Below, piece after piece: positions 40,361 to 48,728 of a DNA stretch of 64,000 nt. Where the stretch lies: the NCBI GenBank assembly GCA_903861945.1, contig CAIOWM010000156.1, positions 27,198 to 91,197 of the forward strand. Reading direction: 5' to 3'. Source of the stretch: an uncultured Archangium sp. GTDB taxonomy: Bacteria; Myxococcota; Myxococcia; Myxococcales; Myxococcaceae. The translations under genes were made by a program, and so were the position numbers. Below the pieces are notes generated by a model. That model was not told where the DNA came from and made no database searches. It saw only the letters and a list, made by a program, of their open reading frames with translations. Position 1 is the stretch's first letter. Each line of letters begins with the position of its first letter.

Positions 40361-42661
40361 ATGAACCGAATTCTGACGCTCACGGCCGTGGCGCTGACCG
40401 CCTGCGGCTCATCGGAAACGAAGCCGCAGGAATACGTACAGACCCAGACCACCAACTCCACGCAGGTCGCGGTGACGCCCACGGGCACCATCTACCTGCG
40501 CGTGATGGACGGCTCGACGAACGGCCCGCTGGCCGGCGCGACGGTGAAGGTCCTCGGCTCGTCGAGCACCGGCGCCACCGACGCGGACGGCGTGTTCAAG
40601 CTCGAGAAGGCCGTGGTCGCCTCGTACTACGTGTTCCTCGTCTCCAAGGACGGCTACACCTCGCTGCACACCGGCGGGAACTCCCTGTCCGAAAGCACGG
40701 GTGGCTCGCCGCTCGCGGACCCCGTCACCAACGTCACGGCGACCCTCTACAAGCTCGACGGCGAAGTGCGCGGGCAGGTCTTCAAGCCCAGCGGCATCCC
40801 CGTGGCCGGCGCCACGGTGCTCATCGACCCGCGGAACAGCCTCGGCTCCGAGTACGAGATGGCGCCCATGGTGGCGACCAGCGCCGCCGACGGCACCTTC
40901 AAGTTCACCGGCCTGCCCACGCGGCCCGACGGCCTGCAGTTCCAGGTCAACGCGCTGTGGTTCGACGACAACGGTGACGGCAACGCCGACTACGCCACCA
41001 CCACCTCGTACGTCAGCGTGTTCCCCGGCAACATCGCGCGCGTCTTCCTCACCTACAGCAACGGCCTGCAGCGCATCGTGGCGGGCAACATCCTCGACGG
41101 CGAGCTGCCCCCGGCCGAAGACATCCAGCTGACGTTCTCGATGCCGGTGCTGAGCACCAACCTCGACACCTCGCGCACCTTCATCCTCACCAACGTCACG
41201 CGCAGCACCACCATCCCCGTGGCGGCGACGTGGACGGGCACCACCCAGGTGGCCATCAAGCCGGCGGCCTTCGCCCTGCGCGAAGGGGACCGCTACAACC
41301 TCGCCGTGGCGCTGACCACCGGCGGCCAGAACACCGGCACCGGCGCCAACTTCGCCACCAACCTCGGCTTCCAGCTCCGCGCGGCCACGGTCTCGCCCTT
41401 CACTGCCCAGGCGACCGGCCTCGTGGTGACCAACAACGCGCCCCCCACGGGCAAGACGGTCAACGACTACGACTTCAACAGCACCTCGTTCCGCGTGCAG
41501 TGGAACGGCGTCGCGGGCGCGGTGAACTACTTCGTCTACGCGCGTGACTCGCAGCTCAACCCGAACTGGGTGCAGGTCGTCGGCCCCATCGGCTTCGTGG
41601 GCGCCAACACCCAGCGCTTCAGCACCGTCACGACCTTGCCCGCGACCTTCTTCACCTCGGGCCAGGGTGGTGCGCAGTACCCGCTGGCGTTCAACAACAA
41701 GGTGACCTTCGCGGTGGTCGGCCAGGACATCTACGGCAACCTCGCCCCGCTCAGCGCGGCGCCCACGCAGCTGGTCGCCGACAACGTGGTGCCCACGGCC
41801 TCGAGCATCAACCTGCTCAGCGCCTCGCCGGTCGACGCCATCAACGACACCACCTCGCCGACGACCATCGTGCTGCGCCTGAACTACAGCGAGCCGCTCG
41901 ACCCCGCGTCGCCGCCCACGTTCTCGTTCCCCGCGGGCATCACCGCGGCCCTGGTGTGGGACGCGTACGCCACCGGCAGCTACAGCGGCACGCTGACCCT
42001 CACCATCGCGCCGGGCTCCGACGCGACGGGCGGGTGGAGCATCCGCGGCGGCAAGGACCTGGCCGGCAACACGCTGACGGGGTCCGAGTTCAACGGCTCG
42101 TTCGGCGGTCGCAAGGAGCTGGTGCAGAACGGCAACTTCGAGGACGCGAGCGGCAACTGCTCGCTGGCCAACTGGACGGGCACCAACACCGGCACCATGC
42201 CCACCCCCAGCCCCACCGGCGCCAACGCGCGCACCGGCGGCTGCTCGGCGACCATCGGCACGCCGCTGAACACCACCCCGGCCACCGGCATCTCGCGGCT
42301 GACCCAGGACGTGTCGCTGCCCACGCTGACCAACACCACCTCGTACTTCGAGGTCCGCATCCGCAACGGCTTCGCGTACTCGCTGGGCCCGGTGGTGCCG
42401 GGGTCGCTGTCGCAGGTCTGCCGCATCACCGACAGCACCAACACCCCCACGCTCCACACCTTCTTCAACACGGTGAACCAGATCGACTCGTTGTTCCAGT
42501 TCAGCTTCACGGGCAACCCGGCGCTCATGGGTGGCACCTCGGTGCGCGTGCTGTGCGAGGTCAACAACACGGGCGTCAACGGCGTCAACGGCGCCATCTA
42601 CCTGGACGACGTGAGCCTCTCGTTGGTCAAGCAGCCGGTCGGTGGCTACTACTCCTTCTGA
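40361..42661 (+). CDS. Large surface lipoprotein with carboxypeptidase-regulatory-like and Ig-like beta-sandwich domains
   Basis: The N-terminus is MNRILTLTAVALTAC, a lipobox. Repeated modules follow: GTIYLRVMDGSTNGPLAGATVKVLGSSSTGATDADGVFKL, and GEVRGQVFKPSGIPVAGATVLIDPRNS...DGTFKFTGLP. The 766-aa protein is T/S/N-rich. Confidence 0.75.
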   Translation: MNRILTLTAVALTACGSSETKPQEYVQTQTTNSTQVAVTPTGTIYLRVMDGSTNGPLAGATVKVLGSSSTGATDADGVFKLEKAVVASYYVFLVSKDGYTSLHTGGNSLSESTGGSPLADPVTNVTATLYKLDGEVRGQVFKPSGIPVAGATVLIDPRNSLGSEYEMAPMVATSAADGTFKFTGLPTRPDGLQFQVNALWFDDNGDGNADYATTTSYVSVFPGNIARVFLTYSNGLQRIVAGNILDGELPPAEDIQLTFSMPVLSTNLDTSRTFILTNVTRSTTIPVAATWTGTTQVAIKPAAFALREGDRYNLAVALTTGGQNTGTGANFATNLGFQLRAATVSPFTAQATGLVVTNNAPPTGKTVNDYDFNSTSFRVQWNGVAGAVNYFVYARDSQLNPNWVQVVGPIGFVGANTQRFSTVTTLPATFFTSGQGGAQYPLAFNNKVTFAVVGQDIYGNLAPLSAAPTQLVADNVVPTASSINLLSASPVDAINDTTSPTTIVLRLNYSEPLDPASPPTFSFPAGITAALVWDAYATGSYSGTLTLTIAPGSDATGGWSIRGGKDLAGNTLTGSEFNGSFGGRKELVQNGNFEDASGNCSLANWTGTNTGTMPTPSPTGANARTGGCSATIGTPLNTTPATGISRLTQDVSLPTLTNTTSYFEVRIRNGFAYSLGPVVPGSLSQVCRITDSTNTPTLHTFFNTVNQIDSLFQFSFTGNPALMGGTSVRVLCEVNNTGVNGVNGAIYLDDVSLSLVKQPVGGYYSF

Positions 42662-42681
42662 GCCTGTGAGTTCTCGCTGAC

Positions 42682-42724
42682 GCGGGGCCCCGGGCACAGC
42701 GCCCGGGGCCCCGTTTCGTTTCTG
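42682..42724 (+). terminator. Rho-independent terminator after the lipoprotein gene
   Basis: A GC stem (ggggccccgggc, acag, cgcccggggcccc) is followed by gtttcgtttctgg. Confidence 0.55.
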
Positions 42725-42958
42725 GTGTACAGGGGCGGCGTGTCTCTCCAACCCAAGGTCAAGTCGCCCTCGGTGCGCATGTGGCTGCAGGAAGCGCGCG
42801 CCCTGTGGACGCTCAAGAAGTTCGACTCCGCAGCCGCGTCGGCGCTCAAGGCCTACCGGGCCGAGGGCCGCGAGATCTTCACGGTGAACGACGCCCCGCT
42901 GCTCGCGGCCGCGCTGGCCCGGGCGAGCGCCGAGAAGAAGAAGAAGGCGCCGCGCTGA
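42725..42958 (+). CDS. Hypothetical small protein (doubtful)
   Basis: 77-aa ORF: ...MWLQEARALWTLKKFDSAAASALKAYRAEGREIFTV...AEKKKKAPR. It is convergent with the zinc-ribbon gene; the TGA/TCA ends abut in a TGATCA palindrome. Confidence 0.3.
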   Translation: MYRGGVSLQPKVKSPSVRMWLQEARALWTLKKFDSAAASALKAYRAEGREIFTVNDAPLLAAALARASAEKKKKAPR

Positions 42959-43195
42959 TCAGTCGCCGAACACCGCGTCCGTGAGGTCGACCACGTCGAG
43001 GCTCCCGGCCGGGTCGCTGGCCGGGGTACTGGCCTGCAGGAAGCCGGGCACGTGGGGCTGCGGTTGCACCTGCGGCACGCAGGCGCCGCACACCAGGCCG
43101 CGGGCCGTGGCGTGACCCCCGGTGAAGGGGGTGCGCGCCTGGCACTTCGCGCAGCAGAAGCCCCCCTGCTCGGCCGCTGCCGGCGCGTCGGGCGC
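42959..43195 (-). pseudogene. In-frame continuation of the zinc-ribbon gene beyond an amber codon; encodes a third C4 zinc-ribbon
   Basis: Directly after the TAG (43196-43198, complement), the same frame reads APDAPAAAEQGGFCCAKCQARTPFTGGHATARGLVCGACVPQ...DLTDAVFGD* for 78 codons. It has no start codon of its own. Confidence 0.4.
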
Positions 43196-43561
43196 CTAGA
43201 GGCCCGCGTAGCGCTGGGCGGGCGCGGGCTGGAGCACGGCCTCGAGCCCGGGCAGGCGCAGGTCGAGCACGTCGGGCCAGTCGAGCCACACCCCGCGGCA
43301 GGCACTGCACGTCTCCACGGGGATGACGCCCGGCAGCAGCACCGGGGTCAGCGACAGGGTGCAGGTGGGGCAGCGCCGCGCCGTCTGCGCCGAGAGCGGC
43401 TCGAGGGCCACCTCGCCGCCCAGCACCTGCTCCAGCTGCAGCCACGTGAACCACGCCCCGCCGCAGGTGCAGCCGGACAACGACCCCGCGCGCCCGGCCA
43501 CCACGCAGGCGCGGCCCTCGAGCGGCAGGTCGCAGTCGGGGCAGCGCAGCGGGCTCACCAC
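43196..43561 (-). CDS. Small protein with two zf-TFIIB-type (CPxC...CxxCGGxW) zinc-ribbon motifs
   Basis: The GTG start overlaps the TGA of the upstream EAL gene as GTGGTGA. The motifs are CPDCDLPLEGRACVVAGRAGSLSGCTCGGAWF and CPTCTLSL...ETCSACRGVWLDW. The gene ends at an amber TAG. Confidence 0.55.
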   Translation of the reverse strand: MVSPLRCPDCDLPLEGRACVVAGRAGSLSGCTCGGAWFTWLQLEQVLGGEVALEPLSAQTARRCPTCTLSLTPVLLPGVIPVETCSACRGVWLDWPDVLDLRLPGLEAVLQPAPAQRYAGL

Positions 43562-44703
43562 ACCGGCACGGCGAAGTCGGGCACCGGGCGCCCGAAGCGG
43601 TAGCCCTGGGCGAGCCCGCAGCCGAGCTCGGCGGCGACGTCGCGCTCCCCGAGGGTCTCGATGCCCTCGGCCACCACCAGCACGCCCAGGTCGCGGCACA
43701 CCGACGACATCGAGGCGACCAGCTTGCGCTTGAGCGGGCTCTTGTCGACGTCGCGCACCAGCGACATGTCCAGCTTGACGATCTCCGGCTCGAGCTGGAC
43801 GAAGCTGGAGAGCCCCGCGTAGCCCGCGCCGAGGTCGTCGATGGCCACCCGGCACCCGAAGCCGCGCAGCAGGGCGATGCGCTCGGACACCCCCTTGATG
43901 GAGTCGAGCGAAGCGCGCTCGGTCAGCTCGAGCACCAGGCGCTTGCTGGACGCGGGGTGCTCCGCGAGGGTGCGGTACAGGGTGTCGTCGTTGAGGTCGT
44001 CGGGGTGGAGGTTGATGAAGAGGCTGAAGTCGCCGGGCGCAGCCTCGAGGGCGGCCAGCGAGAGGGCGCGAATGCGCTGGCCCAGGCGCGGCAGCTGCCC
44101 CAGCCGCTCGGCCGCGTCGAGCACCGCGCCGGGGTGCGGCAGCATCGGCTCGCGGCTGCGCATCAGCGCCTCGTAGCCGAACAGCTTCCCGCCCACCTCG
44201 ATGATGGGTTGAAAGGCCATCCACAACGAGTCGAGGGCCCGCTCGAAGCCGCGCTCGAGGGTGCCCCGGTCGCTGGCTTCGCCGAGGTTGGCGTTCATGG
44301 CGCTCAGGGCCTCGCGCTTGAGCCGGCCGAGGCGGTACACGTTGACCGCGCGGGTGACGCTCTCGATGAGGAGCGGCACGGGCACCGGCTTGAGCAGGCA
44401 CTTCATGATGCCCAGGTCGATGGCCTGGGCCGCGGTCTCGGCGGACAGCGTGCCGGTCAGCAGCAGCACCGGGAGGTCGGCGTCCTTCGAGCGCAGCGCC
44501 CGCAGGAACTCGATGCCGTTCATGTTGGGCATGGCCACGTCGGTGGCCACCGCGTCGTAGTGGCCGTCGCGCAACAGCTCGAGGGCGAGCTGCCCGCTGA
44601 GCGCGGTGCTCACCTCGAAGCCGGCGCGGGTCAGCACCCGGGTGTAGGCCTGCAGCACCGCTTCGTCGTCGTCGACCAGCAGCACCTGTCCGTGACTCGC
44701 CAT
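43555..44703 (-). CDS. Response regulator with EAL domain (c-di-GMP phosphodiesterase)
   Basis: GAGGTGG sits 5 nt before the ATG. The REC domain reads MASHGQVLLVDDDEAVLQAYTRVLTRAGFEV...DAVATDVAMPNMNGIEFLRAL...VLLLTG. The EAL domain carries the conserved catalytic motifs QPIIEVGG...(EAL)..., LVLELTE, and DDLGAGYAGLSSFVQLEPEIVKLD. Confidence 0.85.
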   Translation of the reverse strand: MASHGQVLLVDDDEAVLQAYTRVLTRAGFEVSTALSGQLALELLRDGHYDAVATDVAMPNMNGIEFLRALRSKDADLPVLLLTGTLSAETAAQAIDLGIMKCLLKPVPVPLLIESVTRAVNVYRLGRLKREALSAMNANLGEASDRGTLERGFERALDSLWMAFQPIIEVGGKLFGYEALMRSREPMLPHPGAVLDAAERLGQLPRLGQRIRALSLAALEAAPGDFSLFINLHPDDLNDDTLYRTLAEHPASSKRLVLELTERASLDSIKGVSERIALLRGFGCRVAIDDLGAGYAGLSSFVQLEPEIVKLDMSLVRDVDKSPLKRKLVASMSSVCRDLGVLVVAEGIETLGERDVAAELGCGLAQGYRFGRPVPDFAVPVW

Positions 44704-44816
44704 GGGTCCACCTCTTGGTGCGTCGTAGGAGAGTAGGCCGGAGCGGTCAAACGGCGCTTGGCGGAAAATGGCGCGCATCACTTTTCGCCGCGCCCCCCCC
44801 GGCAGCGCCGCACCCT

Positions 44817-45405
44817 TCAGCGCTGCTGCTCGAGCTGGGCGAAGGCGCCAACCAGCCGCTGCAGTGCCTCTGCGACGCTGGCCGAATGCATGGTGGCCAG
44901 CACCAGGTGACCGGTCTCCGCCGCGGCGAGCGTGAGGCGCATGACCTCGGGGTCGAGCAGCGCCTGCTCGAAGGACGGCGTGTCGCGGCCGACTTCGCGC
45001 TGGCGGATGAAGGACTTCCGCGGCGGGAGGGCGTACTCGACGGGGCTCTCGATGGTGATGATGTGCCGCGCTTCGCGCAGGTTGATCTCCTGCAGCAGCG
45101 CCGCGAGCGTGGAGGTCTTCCCCCCACCCGTCGGCCCACACACCAGCACCAGCCCGTGCGTGGGCTGGACCAGCCGCACCAGGTCGGGGTGCAGGTTGAG
45201 GCTCTTGAGGGTGGCGTGGGAGTTGGTCAGCAACCGAACGGCGAAGCCCACGCCGCGGCTGGTGCGCAGCACGTTGAGGCGGCAGCGGTTCCCCCTGGAT
45301 CTTCAGGTTCCCCCGAATCCGGAAGGTGGCCGGGAGCCCACCTTCGAGGTGTACGTCGCTGGCGCCCTGGTCCCGCGCGCTCTCAATCAACGTCTCGATT
45401 CTCAT
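44817..45405 (-). pseudogene. PilT/GspE-family ATPase pseudogene (internal deletion with frameshift, and C-terminal truncation)
   Basis: The N-terminus MRIETLIESARDQGASDVHLEGGLPATFRIRGNLKIQGEPLPPQ is a PilT N-terminal signature. It switches frame at ...PLPPQ/RLNVLRTSRG.... Walker A follows (LVLVCGPTGGGKTSTLAALL), then HIITIESPVEY...TGHLVLATMHS. A stop follows well before the normal PilT C-terminus. Confidence 0.7.
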
Positions 45406-45745
45406 CCGGGGCTGGCGTGAGCAGGCGGCGTGCCTGCGGGGACTGCCTCCTGATCCCGAGGGGATGGGCGGGCCTGGGCCGTGCGGTCCGCCACGGTGGC
45501 GCTGCGCCGCAGCCGCCGGGTGACGAAGTGTCAGGAACTCCAGGACCTCGAGTGGGGTTGGTCCCCACCACTGGAAACGAACAGGCCGGCTCGCGCTCGA
45601 CCAGCAGACCTTCGTTGACCACCGCCACGCTTGAGCGGCGATGACGGCGGTGCGGCGACGGGTGGCTCCGGGACAGGGGGTGGAGCGGGGGCGAGGGCGT
45701 GCGCGGAGGCCGTTGGGGGATGGATGTGCTACTGGCTCGCGTCCG

Positions 45746-46339
45746 ATGGTCAAGAAGGATGCCGAGCTGGCGCCCCATCAAGAGGAGCTTGCGGCGTTGA
45801 TGCGTCGCGCAGGCGGCCTGAAGCGCGAAGGCGACATTGCCGGCGCGCGCTCGTTGTACGAGACCGTGAGGGCGCGTGCACCGAGCTTGCCGGAACCTGT
45901 GATCATGCTCGGGATCTTGAAGGGTGCCGAGAACGAGCACGCCGCCGCGATTCAGCTCTTCACGGAGGCTTTCCCCCTGGAAGTCGAAGGGCACAGGAGC
46001 CGCGTGCTCAACTTGCGGGCCAAGAGCTTCGTCGCCCTCGGACGACTCGACGATGCCATGAAAGACGTCGACTCGGCCCTGGCCGAGGAGAGCGGTGAGC
46101 CGGCTTCCCGCCTGCTACGCGCGCGCATCTTGACGATGGTCGGACGTCTCGACGAAGCACGAGCCATCGTCGAGGCGCTACTCGCGTTTCAGGAGCACCC
46201 CGAGGCACTCGGGTTGCGCGCCGAGTGCAGCGAGCTGTTGGGCGACCACCAGGGAGCTGCGCGCGATCGCGCTCGCGCCGAGGAGATCGTGTCCGCGCCT
46301 GGTGGGAACTTTGCGCGGTTCTGGAAGCCGCGCGCGTGA
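45746..46339 (+). CDS. TPR-repeat protein
   Basis: MVKKDAELAPHQEELAALMRRAGGLKREGDIAGARSLYETV...LNLRAKSFVALGRLDDAMKDVDSAL...LLRARILTMVGRLDEARAIVEALL. Three or four TPR-like helix pairs. Confidence 0.6.
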   Translation: MVKKDAELAPHQEELAALMRRAGGLKREGDIAGARSLYETVRARAPSLPEPVIMLGILKGAENEHAAAIQLFTEAFPLEVEGHRSRVLNLRAKSFVALGRLDDAMKDVDSALAEESGEPASRLLRARILTMVGRLDEARAIVEALLAFQEHPEALGLRAECSELLGDHQGAARDRARAEEIVSAPGGNFARFWKPRA

Positions 46340-46461
46340 CGAGAAGGGCCGGCGAGACGGGCCGGGATGTTCTGCGAAGAAGTTGGTGAAGTCGCCACGG
46401 TGCGCCGGTAGCGTTCCCACACCGCGCTCCCCCGCACGGTCCCAACCTCCCAAGAGTCCCC

Positions 46462-48306
46462 GTGTCCCAAATGCGCTCGATCCTTGTCCTGGTCTCCGTT
46501 CTGGCGGCCTGCAGCTCTCCCGTACCGGCCAATGACGGAGGGGCGGGCGGCGGCACCGCGGGCGGAGAGACGGGCGGCGGCACCGCGGGCGGAGGGACGG
46601 GCGGCGGCACCACCGGCGGAGGGACGGGCGGCGGCACCACCGGCGGAGGGACGGGCGGCGGCGGAGCGACCTGTCTTCCGGACGGCGGCGTCACGCGGGT
46701 GTGTTCCGCCACGAACCCGCTCGCCATCGTGAACCAGGACAGCTGCGGTGGGCGCACGCTCGTCGGCAACTGTGCGTCGACGGCGCCCTGCACCGTGTTG
46801 GCTGATGCAGGGGTCGGCTGCGTGTGTCCGTTGGGCTCCAATCCTCAGCTCAAGTGTCACACCGCGGGGGCCGTCAGCGGCCCGGCGGAGACGACCCTGG
46901 GGCTCGTCAACAGCTGCGGCATGCTGTTGCCCGAGGTGGTGCAGACCTGCCTCATCGGTGAGCGCTGCTGGTACACCTTCAACGCCGACGCAGGCATCAA
47001 CCCCACGGCCAACGAGTTCTGCGCCTCGTCGATGGATCCCTCGCAGCGCATGAGCGCGTTCTACCCGCTGGCCTGCGACGACGACCTGTACATGGCGGCG
47101 ACCACGAGCCTGGAGATGGATTGCCGGTGCAACCGCGCCAACACCCTGATGCAGGAATGTCGCCCTGGATCCGACGCGTGGACCGCGGGCCTGCGCCGCG
47201 GCGTGGGGCCGAACGCGTACGGCATCAACCTCGCCAAGTGGGGCGGCGGCTTCATTCACCAGGGCGAGCTGTACGCGGTGGTGCACTACACCAACCCGAA
47301 CGTGGCGACCCTCAAGCCCGGCGCCATCTACGCGTTCAACCTCACCAACGGGAACCGTCGCGTGGTCTCGGGTTCGTATCTGGACCCGACCAGCGGTCGC
47401 GTCGACGTGGGCAGCGGCTACACGCCGCAGGGCGAAGCGTTGCCGTTCCTGGTCGACGCCAAGCTGGGCACGGATGGGAAGATCTACACGATGGGCTCCG
47501 ACACGCTGAACAACGTGGAGATCACCCGGGTCGACCCGCAGACCGGCGCGCGCACGCTGGTGTGGCGGCGACAGTCGCTCGCGGAGGCCTCGACTCCCAG
47601 CTACCCCTACGGCCAGTGCTTCGATGGTCGGGTGAGCACGTCGTATGCCAGCGGCTTCCTCCCGGTGCAGCCCGACGAGCGCGCCTTCGCGCTGGCCACC
47701 GACGGCAGCTTCTTCGTCGGCTGGAAGGCTGACGGCGTTGGGGTGATGCGCATCAGCGCGGACGGCACCACCTGCACGCACGTCTCGCGGTGGGCGTCGA
47801 ACAACACCACCCAGCCGCTGCCCAACATCGGTACCGGGCTGACGCCGCAGTACGGCACCATCAGCGGGCTGCTCCACCGCGGCGGCGTGGTCTATGCGTT
47901 CACGAACTCCACGCTGCTGGCCATCAACGACACCACCGGCAACCGGACGGCCTTCTCGACCATCTCCACCATTGGCGGCATCGGCGAGACCAACTTCTTC
48001 GTCGACGAGAACCGACAGCTCCTCTTCGCGTGCGGCACGTCCGCGGCGCGCAAGTGCTCCGTCCACAGCCTCGCCAACGGCAACACCGCGCAGGGCCTCT
48101 TCTCGATTGGGGTGACGCAGCCCGTGTTGCCCGGGAAGTATTCGCAGCTGCAGGGCGCGAAGGGCGCGCTCGATAACAACAACTACAATGGCTACGGCGC
48201 GGTGGCGCTCGACCCCACCAACCCCAACGTCTTGTACTTCGTCATTCTGGCAGGGCTCGTGCGGTACGAAATCGACACCGGCAACTCGTACATCATGTCG
48301 ATGTAG
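46462..48306 (+). CDS. Lipoprotein with an N-terminal Gly/Thr tandem repeat, a Cys-rich segment and a beta-propeller-like C-terminal domain
   Basis: The N-terminus is MSQMRSILVLVSVLAAC, a lipobox. The repeat is (GGGTAGGGT)x4. Many paired Cys residues follow. The C-terminal ~350 aa have repeated hydrophobic/Gly/Asp blade-like segments. Confidence 0.75.
   Translation: MSQMRSILVLVSVLAACSSPVPANDGGAGGGTAGGETGGGTAGGGTGGGTTGGGTGGGTTGGGTGGGGATCLPDGGVTRVCSATNPLAIVNQDSCGGRTLVGNCASTAPCTVLADAGVGCVCPLGSNPQLKCHTAGAVSGPAETTLGLVNSCGMLLPEVVQTCLIGERCWYTFNADAGINPTANEFCASSMDPSQRMSAFYPLACDDDLYMAATTSLEMDCRCNRANTLMQECRPGSDAWTAGLRRGVGPNAYGINLAKWGGGFIHQGELYAVVHYTNPNVATLKPGAIYAFNLTNGNRRVVSGSYLDPTSGRVDVGSGYTPQGEALPFLVDAKLGTDGKIYTMGSDTLNNVEITRVDPQTGARTLVWRRQSLAEASTPSYPYGQCFDGRVSTSYASGFLPVQPDERAFALATDGSFFVGWKADGVGVMRISADGTTCTHVSRWASNNTTQPLPNIGTGLTPQYGTISGLLHRGGVVYAFTNSTLLAINDTTGNRTAFSTISTIGGIGETNFFVDENRQLLFACGTSAARKCSVHSLANGNTAQGLFSIGVTQPVLPGKYSQLQGAKGALDNNNYNGYGAVALDPTNPNVLYFVILAGLVRYEIDTGNSYIMSM
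46546..46660 (+). repeat. 27-bp in-frame tandem repeat (x4) encoding GGGT(A/T)GGGT
   Basis: ggcggcggcaccgcgggcggag(a/g)gacg is repeated with A/T-position variants. Confidence 0.8.
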
Positions 48307-48728
48307 CCCTGCCAACCGACCGGCCGGGCCGACCCGGCCGTCACGAGCATCGCGGGCGGAGGCGTGCCGTGCCTGTCGGGACACGCAGACCGCGAGGCGT
48401 CAGAGGCCTGAGCGAAGGCTATGGCGGTGCGTGGCCAGGGGAGAGGGCCTCGGCGGTGGCGTGGTGGGTGACGACGGCACGGACGCGGCGCCCGATGCGC
48501 TCGCCTTCGCGGTCGACGGCCACGTCGAGCTTGGCTTCGGACAGCGGAGGACGGCACGCCGAGTGGGCCACGCGGCGCTTCACCAGGGCCACCGCCGTCA
48601 GCTCCAATGCGGACCTGGCGCGGTGAATCAACCGGGGTCGACACTGGCGGCAGGAAGGCGCGCTTATCCGCCGCGCTCACCATTGTCGGGGAGGGCCGCC
48701 CAGCCGTGTACGGTGCGTTCACTCTCCC

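Noticed and set aside
43196-44401. 401-aa minus ORF overlapping the EAL gene.
   Set aside because: Only its last ~120 codons, the zinc-ribbon region, make sense. The rest is the out-of-frame shadow of the EAL gene. The zinc-ribbon gene is called from the GTG at 43561.
48369-48631. Two overlapping ~80-aa ORFs (48369..48626 + and 48419..48631 -) in the 420-bp gap upstream of the CHASE kinase.
   Set aside because: There are no motifs, and neither strand is favoured. The region is more likely the kinase promoter and leader.
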